Below are positions 1 to 5,042 of a stretch of DNA of 11,687 nucleotides, piece by piece. The stretch covers positions 1 to 11,687 of the forward strand of contig CALISW010000148.1 of assembly GCA_938041655.1 (NCBI GenBank). The letters run 5' to 3'. Below the pieces are notes generated by a model. That model searched no databases, had not been told where the DNA came from, and saw only the letters and a list, made by a program, of their open reading frames with translations. Every line of letters starts with the position of its first letter. The stretch's first letter is position 1. The translations under genes were made by a program, and so were the position numbers. This stretch comes from an uncultured Thiotrichales bacterium. GTDB lineage: Bacteria > Pseudomonadota > Gammaproteobacteria > CAZUMV01.

Positions 1-1
1 A

Positions 2-883
2 GATGTACCAGTGGGTAAGTATTCTCACAAAGACATCTCACGTCATGCAGACATGTCAGTGCTTGATGGTCTTGACGGCTTGTTGGAATCTTTTCCAAAA
101 TTAAGCCGTAAAGGTAATCGTGAACTAGGTAGAAAAGCAGCATTGCAGTGCGGAACATTGGGTGGTGGAAACCACTTCATTGAAATCTGCCTGGATACTG
201 AAGATCGTGTGTGGGTGATGTTGCATTCAGGTTCACGTGGTATTGGAAACGTTATCGGTCGTTACTTCATCGAATTGGCGAAAGAAGATATGCGTGTCCA
301 CCACATCAACCTGAAAGATCGTAACCTGGCGTATTTGAGCGAAGGTACGAAGCACTTCGATGATTACGTGACAGCGGTAAGTTGGGCGCAAAACTACGCG
401 CGCGCAAACCGCGATACGATGATGAAGCTGGTTCTGAATGTACTACGACGCCACTTGGGCAAGTTTGGTATTAAGGAACAAGCGATCAATTGTCATCACA
501 ACTACGTGCAAAAAGAGAACCACTTTGGTGAAAATGTTTGGGTAACCCGTAAAGGTGCAGTATCTGCACGTGAGGGTGAGCTAGGCATTATCCCGGGTTC
601 AATGGGTGCACGCAGCTTTATTGTGCGTGGTAAAGGTAACGCCGAATCTTTCCACTCTTGTTCTCATGGTGCGGGTCGTGTGATGTCTCGCGGCAAAGCA
701 AAAGATGCGATCACTGTGGATCAGCACAAGCAAGCTACTGAAGGTGTTGAATGTCGTAAAGATGCCGGTGTACTCGACGAGTCTCCAGCAGCGTACAAAG
801 ACATTGATGCTGTTATGGCGGCGCAAGAGGATTTGGTAGAAGTGGTACATACCCTGAAACAAATCCTGTGCGTGAAAGGTTAG
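2..883 (+). CDS. rtcB: RNA-splicing/repair ligase RtcB, C-terminal ~290 aa. The 5' end lies upstream of the window; frame 2 is open from position 2.
   Basis: The translated ORF carries the RtcB signature GGGNHFIE and the conserved SHGAGR and NCHHNY motifs. No start codon is reachable in frame inside the window. Confidence 0.9.
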   Translation, partial: DVPVGKYSHKDISRHADMSVLDGLDGLLESFPKLSRKGNRELGRKAALQCGTLGGGNHFIEICLDTEDRVWVMLHSGSRGIGNVIGRYFIELAKEDMRVHHINLKDRNLAYLSEGTKHFDDYVTAVSWAQNYARANRDTMMKLVLNVLRRHLGKFGIKEQAINCHHNYVQKENHFGENVWVTRKGAVSAREGELGIIPGSMGARSFIVRGKGNAESFHSCSHGAGRVMSRGKAKDAITVDQHKQATEGVECRKDAGVLDESPAAYKDIDAVMAAQEDLVEVVHTLKQILCVKG

Positions 884-914
884 TCCGCCTTTTTCTAAAC
901 AATGGCTAACAAGT

Positions 915-940
915 CCGGGCAGTCTCTGCCCGGCATTTTT
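915..940 (+). terminator. Rho-independent terminator after rtcB
   Basis: Hairpin ccgggcag-tctc-tgcccgg (915-933) is followed by cattttt (934-940). Confidence 0.6.
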
Positions 941-1013
941 GGCTCATGGCATAGTGGCTGTGCAGCGGGCTTTTAACCCGCAGAGATAGGTTCGATTCCT
1001 ATTGGGCCAACCA
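940..1013 (+). tRNA. tRNA-Lys (anticodon TTT), CCA encoded
   Basis: Hand fold. Acceptor tggctca/tgggcca with one G-U pair. D-stem gcat/gtgc with a 7-nt loop containing GG. Anticodon arm gcggg-cttttaa-cccgc, which matches the E. coli Lys loop. T-arm atagg-ttcgatt-cctat. Discriminator A, then CCA. Confidence 0.8.
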
Positions 1014-1019
1014 AATTAC

Positions 1020-1093
1020 GCGGGCATAGCTCAATGGTAGAGCGATAGGTTGCCAACTTGTTGATGTGGTTTCGATTACCACTGTCCGCTCCA
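1020..1093 (+). tRNA. tRNA-Gly (anticodon GCC), CCA encoded
   Basis: Acceptor gcgggca/tgtccgc. D-arm tagctcaatggtagagc closely resembles E. coli tRNA-Gly. Anticodon loop ttgccaa. T-arm gtggt-ttcgatt-accac. Confidence 0.85.
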
Positions 1094-1099
1094 AATAAT

Positions 1100-1175
1100 T
1101 ACTCGATAGCTCAATTGGAAGAGTGCTGTTCTTACACATCAGAGGTTGTCGGTTCGATCCCGACTCGAGTAACCA
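1100..1175 (+). tRNA. tRNA-Val (anticodon TAC), CCA encoded
   Basis: Acceptor tactcga/tcgagta is perfect. D-arm gctc-aattggaa-gagt. Anticodon arm ctgtt-cttacac-atcag has a U-U mismatch at 30:40. T-arm gtcgg-ttcgatc-ccgac. Confidence 0.75.
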
Positions 1176-1337
1176 CATTCGTATCACCGAGACGGTGATG
1201 CACGGCGTGAAACTTCACGCTAAACCATGGTCAAGACGGTTCATTATTTAGCGGCTTTGGGTTCTTTGAGTCCCGGCTGGCGTGCAAGTGCCTTGCATGT
1301 TGTACGTACCAAATAATGTTCACGCTTAACCGCCAAC

Positions 1338-1411
1338 TGGGAATTAGCTCAAATGGGTAGAGCAACAGAATCATAATCTGTGTGTTGTCGGTTCGATTCC
1401 GACATTCTCCA
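1338..1411 (+). tRNA. tRNA with CAT anticodon (elongator Met or Ile2/lysidine type), no CCA encoded
   Basis: D-arm gctc-aaatgggta-gagc. Anticodon arm acaga-atcataa-tctgt is perfect. T-arm gtcgg-ttcgatt-ccgac. Acceptor tgggaat/attctcc has a U1-C72 mismatch. Confidence 0.7.
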
Positions 1412-1412
1412 A

Positions 1413-1474
1413 CAGCCTTGAAACGGCTCTATGGCAAGTCTGAGAAGACCAGGGTTCGACTCCCTAACTTGGCG
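1413..1474 (+). pseudogene. tRNA 3'-portion or tRNA-like minihelix. It has an anticodon-arm-like hairpin (loop ttgaaac, GAA), a GAGA-tetraloop hairpin, a T-arm and an acceptor 3' strand, but no 5' acceptor or D-arm.
   Basis: Hairpin agcc-ttgaaac-ggct (1414-1428). Hairpin gtct-gaga-agac (1438-1449). T-arm aggg-ttcgact-ccct (1451-1465). The 3' strand acttggc (1467-1473) can pair with ggcaagt (1433-1439). No complementary 5' acceptor exists upstream, where the previous tRNA sits. Confidence 0.35.
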
Positions 1475-1788
1475 AGAAATCGCCCACAACGCGCTCGTTT
1501 CCCGTATCAGTTTTGAAATTCGATGTTTGAGTTTCTCTATTGGTACAGCGACGTGATCGCCGGTTGATATCGGTCTGATGAGAGCGATCTTGTATCAACA
1601 TTTCTTCCGACAAGATTAGATCCATGCGGTTTGTGGTTCGGTCGCGTTCGACGATCTGTTCATAGTTGATTCGACTCATCAACGTTATTGATCCGCTTTT
1701 TCTTCGTGGAAATGAGCGCACCTAAATTTTTTATGCCTGTGGTTTTGTAGCCATGGGGTTTTTTATCAACCAACCAAAAGGAGGTGAT

Positions 1789-3081
1789 ATGTCTATAGGC
1801 GCTGATAACAAGGCGGAAGTTGAACGGGTGATTAATTTGCGAAAAGCCAGAGCAGTGCAAGACAGCAAACAATCACCTCGTTCACAAAGCAAAATCATGC
1901 CGTTTAAACACGGTTCTATTAACGAAAAAGGAGAACGTAGTATGTTATTTTTTTCAACTTTTATTGTGCGTAAGCACGAACGCGGTCTCCTGTACAAGAA
2001 TGGCGATTTTATTCGTTTCTTGCTACCGGGGACTTACCGCTACTTCAATTTGCTACGCCGTTACACGGTGGAGCGCTTTGATGCGAGCACACCGGCATTC
2101 GATCACCGATTGATCGACTACCTGGTTGAAGCTGAGCGAGACTCGGTAGATCAACTGTTTGAGGTCATTCAAACCGCAGCGGACGAAATTGCGGTGGTTT
2201 ACTTAAACGAACAGGTAGATACCGTACTTGGACCAGCACAGCGAAAGCTCTATTGGAAAGGGTTGGTGACCACACGAGTAGAAGTGTTTAAGACCAATGA
2301 GAGTCTTGAGCTTGAGCCACGTCTGGCAAAACGTTTGATTACAGGTGCTGATGCACGTGTGCTTAATCTTGCTGACCGTGTGGTCTACGCGCGTATCGTT
2401 CCAGAAAGCCACATCGGTTTGTTCTACGTTGACGGTGTACTCACCAAGACGTTGGATGCCGGTATGCACGCCTTCTGGAAGAATGACCGAGCGTTGAATA
2501 TTGATTTGGTAGATCTTCGTGTGAAAACACTCGAAGTACAGGGTCAGGAAATCCTGACCAAGGACAAAGTTAATCTTCGGATTAACGTGACCGCTACCTA
2601 CCAATTTGAAGATGCGCTCAAAGCCATTCGAACGGTTAAAGACCCATTGGATCACTTGTATAAGGAAATCCAGTTTGGTCTTCGTGCTGTTGTAGGTACA
2701 CGCACACTTGATGCCTTACTCGAGGACAAAACTGCTATTGACCGTACAGTGGCAGAGTACCTTGGAACACGCTTTGCCGACATCGGTATCGCGGTTCGCA
2801 GTATTGGTGTTAAGGACATCATCTTGCCAGGTGATATGAAAGACTTGCTTGGCAAAGTGGTGGAAGCTGAAAAAGCGGCACAAGCGAATGTTATTCGTCG
2901 CCGTGAAGAAACAAACGCAACTCGCTCATTGCTCAACACCGCGAAAGTGATGGAAAGTAATGCTGTGGCATTGCGTTTGAAAGAACTCGAGACCCTGGAA
3001 AAAGTGACAGAGAACGTTGGCAAACTCACTGTTCACGGTGGTCTTGATGGTGTGCTCAATGATCTGGTTCGCTTGAAGTAG
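1789..3081 (+). CDS. SPFH/band-7 (stomatin/prohibitin/HflKC-like) domain protein. A strong SD (GGAGG at 1780-1784) precedes ATG 1789. An alternative internal start at 1942 (MLFFSTFIV...) also has an AGGAG SD.
   Basis: A 442-aa ORF. The central region shows SPFH hallmarks (…LRINVTATYQFEDALKAIRTV…; …VVEAEKAAQANVIRRREETNA…), which are typical of band-7 family C-termini. Confidence 0.8.
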   Translation: MSIGADNKAEVERVINLRKARAVQDSKQSPRSQSKIMPFKHGSINEKGERSMLFFSTFIVRKHERGLLYKNGDFIRFLLPGTYRYFNLLRRYTVERFDASTPAFDHRLIDYLVEAERDSVDQLFEVIQTAADEIAVVYLNEQVDTVLGPAQRKLYWKGLVTTRVEVFKTNESLELEPRLAKRLITGADARVLNLADRVVYARIVPESHIGLFYVDGVLTKTLDAGMHAFWKNDRALNIDLVDLRVKTLEVQGQEILTKDKVNLRINVTATYQFEDALKAIRTVKDPLDHLYKEIQFGLRAVVGTRTLDALLEDKTAIDRTVAEYLGTRFADIGIAVRSIGVKDIILPGDMKDLLGKVVEAEKAAQANVIRRREETNATRSLLNTAKVMESNAVALRLKELETLEKVTENVGKLTVHGGLDGVLNDLVRLK

Positions 3082-3096
3082 ATCCGAGTTCGCCTG

Positions 3097-3120
3097 AGGA
3101 CAATACGGATTGTCCTTATT
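3097..3120 (+). terminator. Hairpin terminator after the SPFH gene
   Basis: An 8-bp stem aggacaat/attgtcct with loop acgg is followed by tatt. The U-tract is weak. Confidence 0.45.
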
Positions 3121-3155
3121 GCTGGGTGTCTTGGTCAAGGCCGAGACACTCTCTT

Positions 3156-3231
3156 GGTACGCTGGGTGTAAGTTAACACCATCATGCTCATAACATGGAT
3201 GATCGTGGTTCAAATCCACGGCGTACCACCA
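3156..3231 (+). tRNA. tRNA with CAT anticodon (Met or Ile2), CCA encoded
   Basis: Acceptor ggtacgc/gcgtacc is perfect. D-stem ggtg/cacc with loop taagttaa, which has no GG. Anticodon arm tcatg-ctcataa-catgg. T-arm cgtgg-ttcaaat-ccacg. Confidence 0.75.
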
Positions 3232-3233
3232 CA

Positions 3234-3309
3234 CGATGCATAGCTCAATTGGAAGAGCACCCTGCTACGAACGGGGAGGTTGTAGGTTCGAATCCTGCTG
3301 TGTCGTCCA
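3234..3309 (+). tRNA. tRNA-Arg (anticodon ACG), CCA encoded
   Basis: Acceptor cgatgca/tgtgtcg with two G-U pairs. D-arm gctc-aattggaa-gagc. Anticodon arm ccctg-ctacgaa-cgggg. T-arm gtagg-ttcgaat-cctgc. Confidence 0.8.
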
Positions 3310-3316
3310 TTTTTAT

Positions 3317-3390
3317 TCGGTGCTGGTCTAATGGGAAGACACGAGACTTTGACTTTCGTGATCGTGGTTCGAATCCACGGCGCCGATCCA
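3317..3390 (+). tRNA. tRNA-Gln (anticodon TTG), CCA encoded
   Basis: Acceptor tcggtgc/gcgccga. D-arm gtct-aatggga-agac. Anticodon arm cgaga-ctttgac-tttcg. T-arm cgtgg-ttcgaat-ccacg. Confidence 0.8.
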
Positions 3391-3392
3391 AT

Positions 3393-3463
3393 GCACTTGT
3401 CTGTTGGACAGCGAGAAGATTCCAAACCTTCAAGACTGGGTTCGAATCCTAGCAAGTGCTCCA
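3393..3463 (+). tRNA. Atypical tRNA-like gene with a CCA (Trp) anticodon, a miniaturised D-arm and a 31:39 A-C mismatch. It may be a pseudo-tRNA or a non-canonical tRNA.
   Basis: Acceptor gcacttg/caagtgc is perfect and CCA is encoded. T-arm ctggg-ttcgaat-cctag. Anticodon region gaaga-ttccaaa-ccttc resembles the E. coli Trp loop cTCCAAAa. The D-region is only about 15 nt (ctgt-tgg-acag). Confidence 0.45.
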
Positions 3464-3467
3464 ATTT

Positions 3468-3542
3468 GATGTTGTGGCTGAATGGTTAGGCGCGAGACTG
3501 CAAATCTTGTTTATTCCGGTTCAAGTCCGGACGACATCTCCA
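3468..3542 (+). tRNA. tRNA-Cys (anticodon GCA), CCA encoded
   Basis: Acceptor gatgttg/cgacatc. D-arm gctg-aatggtt-aggc. Anticodon arm cgaga-ctgcaaa-tcttg. T-arm tccgg-ttcaagt-ccgga. Confidence 0.8.
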
Positions 3543-3548
3543 AATACT

Positions 3549-3624
3549 ATCCTCGAAGGTCAACTGGATGAGCACCGAGCTTCTAACTCGGCGGTTTCAG
3601 GTTCGAGTCCTGACGGGGATGCCA
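3549..3624 (+). tRNA. tRNA-Arg (anticodon TCT), CCA encoded
   Basis: Acceptor atcctcg/cggggat. Anticodon arm ccgag-cttctaa-ctcgg is perfect. T-arm tcagg-ttcgagt-cctga. The D-stem has one mismatch. Confidence 0.8.
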
Positions 3625-3707
3625 ACTTAAAGTTTTTTTGAGGCAGGGCGCGTGTTGCACATCTGCGGGTGTAACCGGTGTTTGCGCACCTCGGTACCCG
3701 AATGGGT

Positions 3708-3738
3708 GGACAATAGAGCGTTGCTCCGTCCTGTTTTG
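3708..3738 (+). terminator. Candidate intrinsic terminator between the tRNA sub-clusters
   Basis: Nested hairpin ggac-aata-gagc-gtt-gctc-c-gtcc followed by tgttttg. Confidence 0.35.
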
Positions 3739-3757
3739 AAAATCCAATATTACTTAC

Positions 3758-3836
3758 AGCCGCCTGAAGGGAATTGGCTATACCTACCTGTCTTAGAAAC
3801 AGGTGTTTCTCGGTTCGAGTCCGAGGGCGGCTACCA
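3758..3836 (+). tRNA. tRNA with Leu anticodon TAG but type-I architecture (5-nt variable loop). It has a Leu-like D-arm and A73; CCA is encoded.
   Basis: Acceptor agccgcc/ggcggct is perfect with A1-U72. D-region tgaagggaattggctatacct carries a GAATTGG D-loop like E. coli tRNA-Leu. Anticodon arm cctgt-cttagaa-acagg is perfect. Variable loop tgttt. T-arm ctcgg-ttcgagt-ccgag. Confidence 0.65.
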
Positions 3837-3841
3837 ACTTT

Positions 3842-3920
3842 ATGGACCTGATGGGAATTGGTTATACCTCGGTGTTTCAAACTCACCGGCATCCCGGTTC
3901 GACTCCGGGGGTCCATACCA
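3842..3920 (+). tRNA. Paralogous type-I tRNA with Leu anticodon CAA, a U-U at 31:39, A73 and CCA encoded
   Basis: Acceptor atggacc/ggtccat is perfect. D-region tgatgggaattggttatacct. Anticodon arm ggtgt-ttcaaac-tcacc. Variable loop ggcat. T-arm cccgg-ttcgact-ccggg. Confidence 0.6.
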
Positions 3921-3926
3921 ACACAC

Positions 3927-4004
3927 GCGCAGCTGATGGGAACTGGCATACCTGGTTGATTTAAAACCAACCGTTTCCGCGTTCGATCCGCGGGCTGCGC
4001 ACCA
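3927..4004 (+). tRNA. Paralogous type-I tRNA with Leu anticodon TAA, an A-C at 31:39, A73 and CCA encoded
   Basis: Acceptor gcgcagc/gctgcgc is perfect. D-region tgatgggaactggcatacct. Anticodon arm gttga-tttaaaa-ccaac. Variable loop cgttt. T-arm ccgcg-ttcgatc-cgcgg. Confidence 0.6.
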
Positions 4005-4009
4005 TCATT

Positions 4010-4227
4010 GGGGACGTTTGCAAATGGATGCTACTACCAAAAACGTAAGTGACCGGGTAGCGGGTAACACCGGCGTCGGCTAAGTGAACTAGCGGTATGG
4101 TTGAGGATGGCAGGTGACTGCTCTGCGTAAGGGTTACTCACTGGCGCCCGTTTCCAACGACTGGTTCTTCCGGTAGTAATGCACCGGTACTGACGTTATG
4201 CGGGTTCGATACCCGTCGTCTCCACCA
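4010..4227 (+). pseudogene. Split or interrupted tRNA. A 5' acceptor with U8 and a D-arm lies at 4010-4038. A long variable arm, T-arm, 3' acceptor and CCA lie at 4172-4227. About 133 nt intervene at the anticodon-loop position.
   Basis: ggggacg (4010-4016) pairs 7/7 (one G-U) with cgtctcc (4217-4223), followed by A and CCA. D-hairpin gca-aatgga-tgc has GG in the loop. The 5' strand actacc (4033-4038) pairs with ggtagt (4172-4177). T-arm gcggg-ttcgata-cccgt (4200-4216). No uninterrupted tRNA ending at 4227 can be folded. Confidence 0.4.
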
Positions 4228-4233
4228 ATTATT

Positions 4234-4317
4234 ACGGGTGTGGTGAAACGGTATACACGCTGTCGCGAGAAGGCAGTGGCACAAGTCTTGTCGGTTCGAC
4301 TCCGGCCACCCGTACCA
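4234..4317 (+). tRNA. Type-II tRNA-Leu (anticodon GAG) with a 13-nt variable arm and the unusual C33; CCA is encoded.
   Basis: Acceptor acgggtg/cacccgt is perfect. D-arm gtg-aaacggtata-cac. Anticodon arm ctgtc-gcgagaa-ggcag. Variable arm tggcacaagtctt. T-arm gtcgg-ttcgact-ccggc. Discriminator A. Confidence 0.6.
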
Positions 4318-4373
4318 CAAACACATTCACACAATTCAAATTACTATTTTTTAATCGTATACAGGAAAAGGAA

Positions 4374-4946
4374 ATGAATACGTTAATCCTTAAGTTGGAC
4401 ATTGCTGGTCAACCAGTCGGCTGGATTTCACGAGAAGAAGGCGCATTGCTTTATTGTCGTGATCAAGTTGCTTGGGAAGCGGGCGAACAAGTGGTTCGTT
4501 TGCATGGCGGAGAGTCTCGTCTAACTGGTACGAGATCTTTTCTGGATATCAATACGATTGTCGCTACCCGATCGCATGACAAAGGTCTTCTGAGCAAAGG
4601 CGATGTTCCATGTCTGACGAATAAGCAATTATTCTCTCGCGACGAATACATGTGTATGTACTGCGGGAAGCAGTACGGTAATTCATTACTGACACGCGAT
4701 CATGTTATGCCCTTGTCACGAGGAGGTCTAGATATTTGGGAAAATGTCGTTACGGCATGCCGCTCATGTAATCAGACCAAAGACAATGCGTTATTGAGCG
4801 AGATCAATATGAAATTAATCGCAGTCCCATACGCACCTAATCGTGCAGAGGGATTGATTTTAACTAACCGCAGAATTTTAGCGGACCAAATGGCATTCCT
4901 TAAAACCCGGGTAGGGAAGGGAAGTCGACTGCGAGTCGCAGCGTAG
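4374..4946 (+). CDS. HNH endonuclease
   Basis: A 190-aa ORF with a canonical HNH core CMYCGK…TRDHVMPLSRGG…WENVVTACRSCNQTK. An AGGA-type RBS precedes the ATG. Confidence 0.85.
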   Translation: MNTLILKLDIAGQPVGWISREEGALLYCRDQVAWEAGEQVVRLHGGESRLTGTRSFLDINTIVATRSHDKGLLSKGDVPCLTNKQLFSRDEYMCMYCGKQYGNSLLTRDHVMPLSRGGLDIWENVVTACRSCNQTKDNALLSEINMKLIAVPYAPNRAEGLILTNRRILADQMAFLKTRVGKGSRLRVAA

Positions 4947-4965
4947 CTGCGGCTTGGATTTTTTT
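4927..4965 (+). terminator. Tandem hairpins followed by a T-run after the HNH gene
   Basis: ctgcg-agt-cgcag and gcagc-gta-gctgc are followed by ggcttggattttttt. Confidence 0.4.
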
Positions 4966-5042
4966 AAAGTGGCAAACTTTGAGATGTTAAAGGTTTGTCT
5001 TACCTCACACAATCATATGCGATCGTATGCTAATGTCGATCT

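Noticed and set aside
599-862. 87-aa minus-strand ORF inside rtcB
   Set aside because: It is fully antisense to a well-supported RtcB reading frame and has low-complexity composition. It is a spurious shadow ORF.
999-1187. 62-aa minus-strand ORF across tRNA-Lys, Gly and Val
   Set aside because: It overlaps three well-folded tRNA genes and has no RBS. It is an ORF-caller artefact.
1560-1600. CUGAUGAG motif suggestive of a hammerhead ribozyme
   Set aside because: There is no downstream GAAA/CGAAAC core and no three-stem architecture. It is a coincidental heptamer inside a palindrome.
1464-1997. Three overlapping minus-strand ORFs (85, 70 and 88 aa)
   Set aside because: They are mutually overlapping and antisense to the SPFH gene start and its structured leader. 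They have Arg/Ser-rich low-complexity translations and show no coding signal.
2203-3234. Minus-strand ORFs (150, 125 and 102 aa) antisense to the SPFH gene and tRNA cluster
   Set aside because: They are shadow ORFs of a strongly supported plus-strand CDS. The 102-aa one also overlaps tRNA genes.
3195-3970. ORFs of 85, 84, 62, 61, 136 and 94 aa on both strands across the second tRNA array
   Set aside because: The region is tiled almost end-to-end by tRNA genes with canonical folds. The translations are Arg/Ser/Pro-rich, as expected from GC-rich tRNA stems.
4039-4171. Group I self-splicing intron in the split tRNA
   Set aside because: 133 nt is well below the size of known group I introns and I cannot identify P4-P6 or P7 elements by eye. 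This is retained only as a possibility to test, not called.
4010-4227. tmRNA (SsrA) hypothesis for the long element with a tRNA-like acceptor and T-arm
   Set aside because: It is only ~218 nt. The candidate tag frame (gca aat gga tgc tac tac caa aaa cgt aag tga) does not end in an ALAA-type degron, and there are no pseudoknots. A split or disrupted tRNA fits better.
4134-4334. Two minus-strand ORFs (66 and 62 aa)
   Set aside because: They overlap the split tRNA 3' module and tRNA-Leu(GAG).
4463-4651. 62-aa minus-strand ORF inside the HNH gene
   Set aside because: It is antisense to a motif-supported CDS.
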